Positions 43,601-55,703 of a stretch of DNA of 64,000 bases are shown here, piece by piece. A model generated the notes under the pieces. The model saw only the letters and a list, made by a program, of their open reading frames with translations, had not been told where the DNA came from and did no database searches. The DNA lies in assembly GCA_009928645.1 (NCBI GenBank), contig SACH01000001.1, positions 56,239 through 120,238 on the forward strand. The letters run 5' to 3'. The stretch's first letter is position 1, and every line of letters begins with the position of its first letter. This stretch comes from Gammaproteobacteria bacterium (lineage in GTDB: Bacteria; Pseudomonadota; Gammaproteobacteria; Chromatiales; Chromatiaceae). The translations under genes and the position numbers were made by a program.

Positions 43601-44826
43601 CCCTTGCAGCGCGGGCAGACCAGTTGGCTGGATTCGCCCAGGGAAGGACGCAGGCGCTGGCGCGACATCTCCATCAGGCCGAAGCGCGAGATGCGCCCGA
43701 GCTGGACCCGGGCGCGGTCCTGCTTCATGGCATCCCGCAGCCGGTTCTCCACCTCGCGCTGGTTGCGCGCCGGGGTCATGTCGATGAAGTCGATGACGAA
43801 GAGGCCGCCCAGGTCGCGCAGCCGGAGCTGGCGGGAGATCTCGTCCGCGGCCTCCAGGTTGGTGTTGAGGGCCGTCTCCTCGATGTCCGCGCCCTTGGTG
43901 GCCCGGGCCGAGTTGATGTCGATGGAGGTCAGGGCCTCGGTGTGGTCGATAACGATAGAGCCCCCGGAAGGCAGCCGCACCTCGCGCTGGAAGGCCGACT
44001 CGATCTGGCTCTCGATCTGGTAACGGGTGAAGAGCGGCACCTCGTCCTCGTAGAGCCGCAGCTTGCGCAGGTTGTGGGGCATGACCTGGCGGATGAAGGC
44101 CTCGGCCTTCTCGTACATCTTGCGGTCGTCGACTACGATCTCGCCGATGTCGGTGCGCAGATGGTCGCGGATGGAGCGGATGATGACGTCGCTTTCCTGA
44201 TAGATCAGGTAGGGCGCCTTACGCTCGGCGGCGGACTGCTCGATGGCGGTCCAGAGCTGGGTGAGGTAGTTGAGATCCCACTGCAACTCCTCGACGCTCT
44301 TGCCGACACCGGCGGTGCGGACGATGAGCCCCATGTTCTCAGGGATCTCAAGCTGGCTCATGGCGTCGCGCAGCTCGGAACGGTCGTTGCCCTCGATACG
44401 GCGCGACACGCCACCGGCGCGGGGGTTGTTGGGCATGAGCACTAGGTAGCGCCCAGCCAGGGAGACAAAAGTGGTAAGAGCGGCGCCCTTATTACCGCGC
44501 TCCTCCTTCTCGATCTGGACGATGACCTCGCGGCCCTCGCTCAGGGCATCCTTGATGTTGACCTTGGAACCGGGCTTGTTGGCCTCGTCGCTGAAATAGC
44601 CGCGGGCGATCTCTTTGAGGGGCAGAAAACCGTGGCGTTCGGCACCGTAGTCGACGAAGGCCGCCTCCAGGCTGGGTTCGACGCGGGTGATGGAGCCCTT
44701 GTAGATGTTGGCCTTTTTTTGTTCCCGTCCCGGGGATTCGATGTCCAGGTTGAAGAGTTTCTGGCCATCGACGATAGCCACCCGCAACTCTTCCGGCTGA
44801 GTTGCATTGATCAGCATTCTTTTCAT
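40669..44826 (-). CDS. rne: ribonuclease E with an unusually long (~850 aa) low-complexity C-terminal half
   Basis: N-terminal catalytic half [30 protein letters not shown]...[21 protein letters not shown] and the Zn-link CPRCKGQG. The rest is Arg/Glu/Pro/Ala-rich. Total length is 1385 aa. Confidence 0.95.
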   Translation of the reverse strand: MKRMLINATQPEELRVAIVDGQKLFNLDIESPGREQKKANIYKGSITRVEPSLEAAFVDYGAERHGFLPLKEIARGYFSDEANKPGSKVNIKDALSEGREVIVQIEKEERGNKGAALTTFVSLAGRYLVLMPNNPRAGGVSRRIEGNDRSELRDAMSQLEIPENMGLIVRTAGVGKSVEELQWDLNYLTQLWTAIEQSAAERKAPYLIYQESDVIIRSIRDHLRTDIGEIVVDDRKMYEKAEAFIRQVMPHNLRKLRLYEDEVPLFTRYQIESQIESAFQREVRLPSGGSIVIDHTEALTSIDINSARATKGADIEETALNTNLEAADEISRQLRLRDLGGLFVIDFIDMTPARNQREVENRLRDAMKQDRARVQLGRISRFGLMEMSRQRLRPSLGESSQLVCPRCKGQGTIRGVESLALSILRILEEEAMKENTERILAELPVDVATFLLNEKRNAILGIEQRQRVIVLLVPNPHLETPDFRIERIRTQDAERLADDQPSYQLVSRMEERPLDLGRAAEPVRTEEPAIKQTAPREPAPPPRRTEPQQPVQPQPVQERQPESLLKRLWTTLFAPRNAEEPAPPAQPPQAEPARRSRPGRATPDQRQAEPRPLEARSPASRPAGGETSRPGTGRQPSRREEPRREESPRRDEARRDEPRREETRREDSRRSEGRRDAPRRDDGGREPGRRDDSRQEEVAREGGRREESRREEAGREGARREEPRRGEPRREESQPLTTGRDERQGAAARLEESRRPDRGQEEPRRGGGFGPRPLLSPPAARPTAPDTLTAEASPGLSPPPSQPGPQDELAEGDSPGESGRSSRRGSRGRGRRDGEGRRPEAVTPSPFIEDENLDFFDWDLIPAEPAPAPLGKGARPTPDHQDRAEPTPSTREGTPSAMAFTAEASPPATAITADVPSEIKPATPPLPQEDQTANLAEPLPAPRGNAADAATEVVPVAAADVMDLEVLIAGGEAEQEPTGRPRSRRRRGGRGRRGRGGSAEMQAREEGEVVPAGVDAAGETTLAGISSAVQEDAGMAAPERLAAPDRDVPESGLALAETPEVSKPAAPVTRQSRPVKTFAEPAASELTTEVPMTPEARKPPPETPAMPDTTEPAPAVPPSPVASAPASVAPAIPEAREPMPAMEALAESGIPSPAAPVIPAAREPAPEVQETTKARGRSAPAVKTEMETAVTVAAAAPALMPASVAPPTPQTLAAPETSPSTPGRPPAETEEPKPASPAGGQRRRRPTAEHSASRAKPDPAEGETGEATVEQPPAAPRPSAPASTTLEAAVTPAGGKPPRERSAEQPASPDADTAAQQPPKVRAEPKPVPDKPTPVVDTPAPPKTREARSRGEKSTAASETKGSGKDQSPPLAEPEVPPAAVKAED

Positions 44827-45250
44827 TCGTTGTCTCGTAACCGGGCACGCCGGCCAGCCCGGATCCGCGCCGACCGGTTACCACCCTGAGGGGGCACTGG
44901 CAGGCACTGCATCCGGCTCCACCTCCTGGGACCTTGCCCTGCGAAGGGGTGGGCGGGGAGGGGCGCGGACGGGCGCGCGTAAAGCCTCGTTTCGCGGTGT
45001 CCTTCGGGCACCACGCGCAAAGGTCCCGCGCTGCCGGGAGGGCGAAGGCGCTGGACCAGGGCAATCAGGTCATCGGCTGGCGGCTGATTCGGTGGGAATC
45101 GGGACCGCCGCGATGTGCCGGGCCGTCTCGGTGTACAATCCGCGGCCGCTGGAGGGTAGGGACGCCGCTATCAAGCGCAAGGGGCCAGGCCGACGAAGAC
45201 GGTGTCGGGGCGCCGTGGGACTGGAACGGAGGGCGGCTCGTGAATAATCG
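44827..45250 (-). promoter_or_regulatory. long rne 5' leader (possible autoregulatory UTR)
   Basis: About 570 nt of non-coding sequence separate rne from the divergent rluC. In E. coli a long structured rne leader mediates autoregulation. I did not verify the structure here. Confidence 0.3.
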
Positions 45251-45399
45251 CCCGGAAAATCATCACTTGCATCATCCGGCCGGGCCCTCGGCACCGGGGA
45301 GGAGCAAGGGAACAATGGTAACAGTGAACCCTGATCGCGGCAATCGAATCAAGGCCATGCAACAATATTTCTCTGCCCTGGGTTGTCCCTTGACCGACC

Positions 45400-46377
45400 A
45401 TGCCCGGTGAGTCACCGAGCCTCGGGGTCCAGCTTGTGCCCGTGCCGGCGGCGGCGGTGGGCCAGCGGATCGACAATTTCCTCCTGGCACGCCTGAAGGG
45501 CGTGCCGCGTAGTCATATTTACCGCATCCTGCGCAGTGGCGAGGTCCGGGTCAACAAGGGGCGGGTCCGGTCGGATTATCGGTTGCGGTACGGAGACCTG
45601 GTGCGCCTCCCGCCCCTGCGGCTGGCCGAGCCGCGGGCGCCGGGCCTGGCTCCGTCCGCTCTTCTGCGGGGTCTGGAGGCGGCCATCCTCTACGAGGACG
45701 AACGCCTGCTGGCCATCGACAAGCCGGCCGGGCTGGCGGTCCACGGGGGGAGCGGTCTCAGCTTCGGGCTGATCGAGGCTATGCGACAGCTCCGCCCCGG
45801 CATGGAACTGGAACTGGTCCACCGGCTCGACCGCGACACCTCCGGCTGCCTGTTGCTGGCCAAACGCTCCAGCACCTTGCGCGACCTGCATCGGCTGATC
45901 CGCGATCAGGCCATCGATAAGCGTTATCTGGCCCTCCTGACCCGGCCGCTGTCGCGGGCCGAGCTGACGGTGGATGCCCCGCTGCTCAAAAACACCCTCA
46001 AGAGCGGGGAGCGGGTGGTTCGCGTCGACCAAGCCGAGGGCAAGCCGTCCCGCACCCGCTTGCGCCGTTTACAGGGCTATTCGGGGCCTCGCGGCAATCT
46101 GGAACTGGTCGAGGCCCGCCTGGTGACCGGCCGCACTCACCAGATCCGTGTCCATGCCGCCCACCTGGGCGCCCCCCTGGCCGGCGACGAGAAGTACGGC
46201 GACGAGCTCATCAACCAGGCCCTGCGCCCGCTGGGGCTACGGCGACTCTTCCTCCATGCCGCCGAGCTGAGTCTCCAGCCCGCGCACCTCCCTGGGCCCC
46301 TGCGGCTTCAGGCCCCGCTGCCCCCGGAACTCCAGGCGGTGCTGGCCAGGCTGGAGGAAATGGCCAGGAAGGAGTAA
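45400..46377 (+). CDS. rluC: 23S rRNA pseudouridine synthase RluC
   Basis: S4 domain (GQRIDNFLLARLKGVPRSHIYRILRSGEVRVNKGR), the catalytic motif HRLDRDTSG and the classic divergent arrangement with rne. Confidence 0.9.
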   Translation: MPGESPSLGVQLVPVPAAAVGQRIDNFLLARLKGVPRSHIYRILRSGEVRVNKGRVRSDYRLRYGDLVRLPPLRLAEPRAPGLAPSALLRGLEAAILYEDERLLAIDKPAGLAVHGGSGLSFGLIEAMRQLRPGMELELVHRLDRDTSGCLLLAKRSSTLRDLHRLIRDQAIDKRYLALLTRPLSRAELTVDAPLLKNTLKSGERVVRVDQAEGKPSRTRLRRLQGYSGPRGNLELVEARLVTGRTHQIRVHAAHLGAPLAGDEKYGDELINQALRPLGLRRLFLHAAELSLQPAHLPGPLRLQAPLPPELQAVLARLEEMARKE

Positions 46378-46619
46378 GGTATAGCCCTTGTCAGGGATAT
46401 CAGTCAGGCATGGGCCGGTCTCTGGCAGATTCCTGACAATAAAGCTCATTTTTTTCAATAAGATCCTGATGTTATTTTGGTCCCGGTCTGGCGTGCGCCA
46501 TCACCGCTCCCTTGCTTGGGCCCCGGGTCTCGCTGCTCCTCTGCTGCCGATTTGCACGCTTCTTGCCTAAGTTACGGTCATCCCTTCGGCCATCGTCCGC
46601 TAGCCATTCTCCAGAAGCC

Positions 46620-47279
46620 ATGTCCTTCAAACTGCTTGTCTTCGATTGGGACGGAACCCTCATGGACTCCGAGGCCCGCATCGTGGCCTGCATCCAGTCC
46701 GCCTTCGCCGATCTGGGGGAGATGCCGCCCCCCCGCGAGGTCGCCCGTGAGGTGATCGGGCTCGGCTTGGAGGAGGCCATGACCATGCTTTGGCCGGATG
46801 GCAGCGTGCTGCAACGGCGGGAACTGGTTGATCGCTACCGTTTCCACTTTCTCGGTGGCAGCGAAGGCTCCTCCAGCCTGTTTCCCGGTGCCCGGGAACT
46901 GATCGAAGACCTCAATCAACGCGGCCTGCTGCTGGCGGTGGCCACCGGCAAGAGCCGGCGCGGTCTGGAGTCCGCCCTGGCCAGTACCGGGCTGCGCGGT
47001 CATTTCCATGCCACCCGCTGCGCCGATGAGACCTTCTCCAAGCCGCACCCGGAGATGCTGTTGCAGGTCATGGATGAACTGGGGGCGCACCGCTCCGAGA
47101 CCCTGATGATCGGGGATACGGAGTTCGACATGGAGATGGCCCGCAACGCCGGGGTGGCCGCCCTGGCGGTGGCCTATGGCGTCCATGGGCTGGAGCGGTT
47201 GCTGCGCCATGAACCGGTTGATTGCGTTCATGCCTTCGAGGAGCTCCGGGACTGGCTGGAGCGGAACCTGGAGCCTTGA
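46620..47279 (+). CDS. HAD-IA family hydrolase (phosphoglycolate phosphatase-like)
   Basis: LLVFDWDGTLMDSE (motif I), VATGKSR and IGDTEFDMEMARNAG. I set the start at the ATG 46620, just before motif I. Confidence 0.8.
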   Translation: MSFKLLVFDWDGTLMDSEARIVACIQSAFADLGEMPPPREVAREVIGLGLEEAMTMLWPDGSVLQRRELVDRYRFHFLGGSEGSSSLFPGARELIEDLNQRGLLLAVATGKSRRGLESALASTGLRGHFHATRCADETFSKPHPEMLLQVMDELGAHRSETLMIGDTEFDMEMARNAGVAALAVAYGVHGLERLLRHEPVDCVHAFEELRDWLERNLEP

Positions 47280-47433
47280 TGCCGGCTGGGCTCCGCGGCA
47301 GGCGAGGCGGGGAGACCATAGCATCCGTGCCGCCGCTGAATCACCCTGCTCGATCCGGGCACTATGGCTGCCGGCTGTATGCTCTAACCCCCGCCTTTAT
47401 CGTCTCCCGCCGGTATTAACCCGGGCCCGGGTG

Positions 47434-49743
47434 TCAGTCGTCGGCCGCGTCAGGGCGAAGCTGGAGACGCCAGACGTTATGGATGCGGGGGTTGCGAGCG
47501 AAGTCCTTGGGCAGGGTGGCGGCGGTGAGGTCGCGAATCTCCAGCCCAGCCAGCGTATCGCCCTCATCCGGACGCTTTGGCCAATCTGACCCCTCCGCCC
47601 CGCCGGGCCCCCTGCCGGGGGTCGCCGGCCAGACACTGACGCGCGGGGCCGGCGCCGTGCCCAGTGCGGCGGCCAGAGCCTCCCGGTCCAGCCGGAACCG
47701 GCGCAGGTTATTGGAAAAGATCAGGATGCCGCCAGGCTCCAGGAGCCGCAGGGCGTCCCGAAGTAGTAGCGCCTGGTCGCGCTGGATGTCCAGGGTTGCG
47801 GTCATGCGTTTGGAGGTGGAAAAACTGGGCGGGTCGAGGAGGATCAGGCCCCAGCGCCGCCGCCCGGCAACCTCCCGGGGCCAGGTCAGGCAGTCGGCCT
47901 GGATGAGCTCGTGTTCCCGCCCCCCAAAGCCGTTGAGGGCCAGGTTGCGGCCGGCCCAGTCCAAGTAGGTCCGGGATAGGTCGACCGTGGTGGTGCTCAG
48001 GCCCCCCCCGGCAGCGGCATGGACGCTGGCGGTGCCGGTGTAGCCGAAAAGATTGAGGAAGTGCCGGCCTGCCGCCAGTTCACCGATCAGGTGGCGGACC
48101 AAGCGGTGGTCCAGGAAGAGCCCAGTGTCGAGATAGTCCTCGAAATTGACCAGAAACTTGAGGCCCTGCTCCTGGACCTGGAAGAAGCGCCGCTGGCTGT
48201 CCAGGCGTTCGTACTGCTCCTTGCCGCGCTGGCGGCGACGCACACGCAGAAAGAGGCGCTCGCCGGCAATACCCAGCACCTCGGGGATGACCCCCAAGGC
48301 CTCCCGGAGCCGGCGACGGGCGTCCCGCGGATCGATGCTGGCGGGGGCCTCGTACTCCTGGACGTTGGCGATGCGTTCGCCGTCCAGGGTAGTGTAGAGA
48401 TCGAGGGCGAGGTTATATTCGGGCAGGTCGGCGTCGTAAAGCCGGAAACAGGCCACGCCCTCGCGTTGCCGCCATTTATCCAGGGTCTTTAGGTTCTTGC
48501 GCAACCGGTTGGCAAGCATCTCCGCCCCGGGGCCACGCTGGGCCGGCGGCAAGGGGCGGGGCTGATCAGAGATGAAGTTCTCCTCCCGCACCGCAAAGTG
48601 CAGCAGCCGGCAGGGGAGGGGCCCATTGTAAAGGCTGTGGTAGCCATGGGCCCGCAGACCTAGGGACCGCCCTAGTTCCGGGTTGCCGGTGAGGATCGCC
48701 GCTCGCCAGCCGCGGAAGCGCTCCCGCAACACCTGACCCAGCAGGGCGTAGAGGCCCGGCAGTTCCGCCGCCTCGCCCAGCCGTTCGCCATAGGGGGGAT
48801 TGGTCACCACCAGCCCCCGGTCGTCCGCGCGACCCGGTGCGGCCTCCCGCAGCTCCCGGCACTCGAACTGGACCCGCCCCGCCAGGCCGGCCCGGGACAG
48901 GTTGTCGTTGGCGGCGCGGATCGCCGCCGGGTCCCAGTCATAGCCACGAATCGAGCCCCCTTCGGCCGCCAGCCGGGCCAGACCGGCACGCCGCCGCTCC
49001 CGGGCCTCCGCCAGCAGGGCCTCCCAGGACGCGGCTTCATGGCCGCGCCAGCCCGTCAGACCCCAGTGCCGATGGCCCAGGCCGGGAGCGATGTCGGCCG
49101 CGATCAGCGCCCCCTCGATGCACAGGGTACCGGAGCCACACAGGGGGTCGAGCAGGGCGGCGCCCGCGGCGGCCAGTTCCGGCCAGGAGGCGCGTAGCAG
49201 GATCGCGGCGGCGAGGTTCTCCTTGAGGGGCGCGGCGCTCCCCAGACGGCGGTAGCCGCGCAGATGCAGGGAGTCGCCGGAGAGGTCCAGGCTCAGCGTC
49301 ACCTGGTCCTGGTGCAGATAGGCCTGAACGCGCACGTCCGGCGTCGCCCGGTCGACGGTAGGCCGCTCCCCGCACCGGGCCCGATAACGGTCGACGATGG
49401 CATCCTTGACCCGCAGGGCACCGAACTGGCTATGGCTGATGCCGCCCGCGGTGCCATCGAACTGGACGGCGAAACTGCCCCGGGGGGAAAGGTGCTCTTC
49501 CCAGGTGATGGCCGTAGCCCCGGCATAGAGGCTGTCGCTATCCACGGCGGGGAAGCGGGCCAGGGGCAGGAGTACCCGGTTGGCCACCCGGGACCAGAGG
49601 CAGGCGCGGTAGGCGTCCCCGAGGGGGCCGGAGAAGCGGGCGCCGCCGCGGGCCTCCTTGACCCCCGCCAGGCCAAGGGCTAGCAATTCGTCGGCCAACA
49701 GGGATTCCAGGTGCCGGGGAGCGGTGGCGAAGAACTCAGGCAT
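47434..49743 (-). CDS. rlmL: bifunctional 23S rRNA methyltransferase RlmKL (m2G2445 / m7G2069)
   Basis: THUMP-like N-terminus, first methyltransferase domain (DPLCGSGTLCIEGA, VTNPPYGERLG) and second methyltransferase domain (FLNLFGYTGTASV, ILLDPPSFS). 769 aa from the ATG at 49743. Confidence 0.88.
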   Translation of the reverse strand: MPEFFATAPRHLESLLADELLALGLAGVKEARGGARFSGPLGDAYRACLWSRVANRVLLPLARFPAVDSDSLYAGATAITWEEHLSPRGSFAVQFDGTAGGISHSQFGALRVKDAIVDRYRARCGERPTVDRATPDVRVQAYLHQDQVTLSLDLSGDSLHLRGYRRLGSAAPLKENLAAAILLRASWPELAAAGAALLDPLCGSGTLCIEGALIAADIAPGLGHRHWGLTGWRGHEAASWEALLAEARERRRAGLARLAAEGGSIRGYDWDPAAIRAANDNLSRAGLAGRVQFECRELREAAPGRADDRGLVVTNPPYGERLGEAAELPGLYALLGQVLRERFRGWRAAILTGNPELGRSLGLRAHGYHSLYNGPLPCRLLHFAVREENFISDQPRPLPPAQRGPGAEMLANRLRKNLKTLDKWRQREGVACFRLYDADLPEYNLALDLYTTLDGERIANVQEYEAPASIDPRDARRRLREALGVIPEVLGIAGERLFLRVRRRQRGKEQYERLDSQRRFFQVQEQGLKFLVNFEDYLDTGLFLDHRLVRHLIGELAAGRHFLNLFGYTGTASVHAAAGGGLSTTTVDLSRTYLDWAGRNLALNGFGGREHELIQADCLTWPREVAGRRRWGLILLDPPSFSTSKRMTATLDIQRDQALLLRDALRLLEPGGILIFSNNLRRFRLDREALAAALGTAPAPRVSVWPATPGRGPGGAEGSDWPKRPDEGDTLAGLEIRDLTAATLPKDFARNPRIHNVWRLQLRPDAADD

Positions 49744-49910
49744 TGGGGATGGCGGGGAGCGGCAGGGGGCGATGACCGGCATCTTAAGCCTTTTTGGTCC
49801 CGTCCCTCACGCCGCGGCGCCCAGTCCGCTCGCCGCGGCGCTATGGCCGGGGCCGATAACGGTTATACTTTGCCACGGTTTTCCACTCCAACCCCTGGCC
49901 CCACTTGCCT

Positions 49911-53041
<3,131 letters not shown>

Positions 53042-53129
53042 CGTTTACTACCTGACGTTTAGCAGGGGGTCGGGTGCTATCGCCCCCCATAGCGGTGTCC
53101 TCCACGCCAACCCTAACCGGAGCCCTTTC

Positions 53130-53408
53130 ATGCAAGATTTGACCAAGGAGCAACAGATCCTGGTGGCCATGCGCAAGACCCTGACGGCCATCATCAAGGA
53201 TGTCACGCCACCGCCCGGCCTGAAGCATCCCCTCTCGGCGACAACCATCGAGGACGTCCGCCAGTGCCTGGCCCTGATCGCCGCCCGGGAACGTGATCTG
53301 GCGGACGCGCAGGGGCGGATCACCGAGAAGCCCTACTACACGGACGCGCCCCCGACGGCCCAGGTCGTCCCCATCGCAGGTCTGACCAAAGGGCGCAAAC
53401 CCAATTGA
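53130..53408 (+). CDS. hypothetical 92-aa protein
   Basis: The ORF in the ligA-bioA gap encodes MQDLTKEQQILVAMRKTLTAIIKDV.... I saw no strong RBS and recognised no family. Confidence 0.4.
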   Translation: MQDLTKEQQILVAMRKTLTAIIKDVTPPPGLKHPLSATTIEDVRQCLALIAARERDLADAQGRITEKPYYTDAPPTAQVVPIAGLTKGRKPN

Positions 53409-53592
53409 TCCCCTGATGACCAGGGAAGGTCATACCACACCGACCGGTGAAAGACCCGGCTGTCTTCCTATCAAGAAACCGTGCCTCAACCGTCCAGCAA
53501 CCATTCATCTCGTGGTTCCCGAATGACGCAAGTCCTCCAGGGGGCCAATCGGGAGCTAAAAAATGGCCGCCTGCTAACGTTCGGGTTCCTCC

Positions 53593-54885
53593 GTGCGCGG
53601 CATTGAAGAACTGCTGGCCATCGACCAGGCCCACGCCTGGCATCCCTATACCTCGACCCTGAACCGGGACCCGGTCTATCCGGTGCGCGCCGCCCGGGGC
53701 TGCCGCCTTGAGCTCATGGACGGGCGGGAACTCATCGATGGCATGTCCTCTTGGTGGTGCGCCATTCACGGTTACAACCACCCGGTCCTCAATCAGGCCC
53801 TCCGGGACCAACTGGCGTCCATGGCCCATGTCATGTTCGGGGGCCTGACCCACGAACCGGCGGTCGGGCTGATCGAGCGTCTGGTGGCCCTCACCCCGGC
53901 CCCCCTCCAGCACGTCTTCCTGTGCGATTCGGGCTCGGTGTCGGTGGAGGTGGCTATCAAGATGGCCCTCCAGTATCACCAGGCCCGGGGCGAGCTTGGC
54001 CGTCATCGGCTGTTGACGATCAGGTCTGGCTACCACGGCGACACCTTCGGCGCCATGTCGGTGTGCGATCCCGTCACCGGCATGCACCACCTCTTCGCCC
54101 AGGTCCTCCCCCAGCAGCTCTTCGCCCCGGCCCCCGCCTGTCGCTTTGGCGAGCCCTGCCGGGAGGAAGATATCGCCGGTTTCGCGGAGCTGCTCTGGAG
54201 CCATCGCCAGGAGCTGGCGGCGGTGATCCTGGAGCCCATCGTCCAGGGGGCCGGGGGCATGCGCTTTTACAGCGCGGACTATCTGCGGCGGGTGCGGGAC
54301 TTGTGCGACGCCGCCGGGGTGCTGCTCATCGCCGACGAGATCGCCACCGGCTTCGGCCGCAGCGGCCGGCTCTTTGCCTGTGAACACGCCGCGATCAGCC
54401 CGGACATCATGACCCTGGGCAAGGCCCTTACCGGCGGTTACCTGACCCTGGCCGCCACCCTGGCCAGCCAGGAGGTGGCGACGACCATCTCCGCGGGCAC
54501 GCCGGGGGTCTTCATGCATGGCCCGACCTTCATGGGCAATCCCCTCGCCTGCGCCGTGGCCAACGCCAGCATCGACCTGCTCCTGGCCCGGGACTGGGCG
54601 GGGGAGGTGCGCGCCATCCAGGCCGGTCTGGAGGCCGGACTGGCCCCCTGCCGTGGCCTGCCCGGGGTCGCGGAGGTTCGGGTTCTGGGGGCTATTGGCG
54701 TGGTGGAACTGGACCGGCCGGTGATCATGCGCGACATCCAGCGCCGCCTCGTGGAGCGGGGTGTCTGGCTACGGCCCTTTGGCCGGCTGGTGTACCTGAT
54801 GCCTCCCTTCGTGATCGAGGCGCGGGATCTGGCGCGACTGTGCGCCGCCACCGTCGCAGTGCTCGGCGAACTGGCCAGGGGCTGA
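53593..54885 (+). CDS. bioA: adenosylmethionine-8-amino-7-oxononanoate aminotransferase
   Basis: [33 protein letters not shown] and the PLP lysine context [14 protein letters not shown] start. Confidence 0.92.
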   Translation: MRGIEELLAIDQAHAWHPYTSTLNRDPVYPVRAARGCRLELMDGRELIDGMSSWWCAIHGYNHPVLNQALRDQLASMAHVMFGGLTHEPAVGLIERLVALTPAPLQHVFLCDSGSVSVEVAIKMALQYHQARGELGRHRLLTIRSGYHGDTFGAMSVCDPVTGMHHLFAQVLPQQLFAPAPACRFGEPCREEDIAGFAELLWSHRQELAAVILEPIVQGAGGMRFYSADYLRRVRDLCDAAGVLLIADEIATGFGRSGRLFACEHAAISPDIMTLGKALTGGYLTLAATLASQEVATTISAGTPGVFMHGPTFMGNPLACAVANASIDLLLARDWAGEVRAIQAGLEAGLAPCRGLPGVAEVRVLGAIGVVELDRPVIMRDIQRRLVERGVWLRPFGRLVYLMPPFVIEARDLARLCAATVAVLGELARG

Positions 54886-54990
54886 GGGCTGGTGAGGAAA
54901 GAGGATTGTTACCCGGCCGCAGACAAGCCTGGTCATGGTTAGTAAAGCACCTCCCGAGTTCATGGGCGGTGCTTAACAGCCGCAGAGGTC

Positions 54991-55521
54991 TCAGTACCCC
55001 TGGTAGTACCAGTGGTTGTTCCAGCCTGGCAGGGGGGGGTACCTGAGGGGCGTGTCGCCGCCCGGCGCAACCGGGGCCGATGCCTCGGGCGTCGGCGGTT
55101 GACCGGGATTGGCGAAATTAGCGGGGGGCGGCGGGATCTGCCAGGGACCCTGGTTGAGAAAGTGCTCCCGGTCCCGTTCGATATGTTCCAGGAGGGCCTC
55201 GCGGCGGCGCTGGTGCTCCTGCTGGCGGGCCTCCTGGTGGGCGCCGGACCGGGCGTCATATTGGCGCCGGCGGGCATCCATGGCCTCCTGGGAGACACGG
55301 CGGCGTTCCTCCCAGGTCTGGCGTTGGGCGCGTACCGCGTCGAGCCAGCGGTCAGCGGCGGGGTCTTCCGGCGCGGCTGGCGTGGGGATGGCCCCGTCGC
55401 CCAAGCCTCGCGTCCCCGGGGGCGGAGACTGGGCGGTTCCCGCCAGGGGCAGCCACAGACACCCCAGCAGACATCCTCGGCAGAGGGAACGAAAAGCCTG
55501 ATCGCGGTTGCCGCTGAACAT
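54991..55521 (-). CDS. hypothetical secreted protein (signal peptide, Arg/Gln/Glu-rich helical core)
   Basis: A signal-like N-terminus (LLGCLWLPLAGTAQS) is followed by a charged helical region and a Pro-rich tail ending in GWNNHWYYQGY. I recognised no family. Confidence 0.45.
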   Translation of the reverse strand: MFSGNRDQAFRSLCRGCLLGCLWLPLAGTAQSPPPGTRGLGDGAIPTPAAPEDPAADRWLDAVRAQRQTWEERRRVSQEAMDARRRQYDARSGAHQEARQQEHQRRREALLEHIERDREHFLNQGPWQIPPPPANFANPGQPPTPEASAPVAPGGDTPLRYPPLPGWNNHWYYQGY

Positions 55522-55703
55522 CCCGGGTCCTGTCAGTGACGGGCTGGACCCGATACCGGCTGGGTCCTGATTATCAATATTTCATTATGTACAGAAATTC
55601 TCCATCCGCCGCCTTGCCCTGGATCAATTGACCCGCAGCATTTCGCTTCTTGATCCGGCACGGCTGGGTGGCGTCAGGGGCGCAAGGCTGCCGGTTGCGC
55701 GCC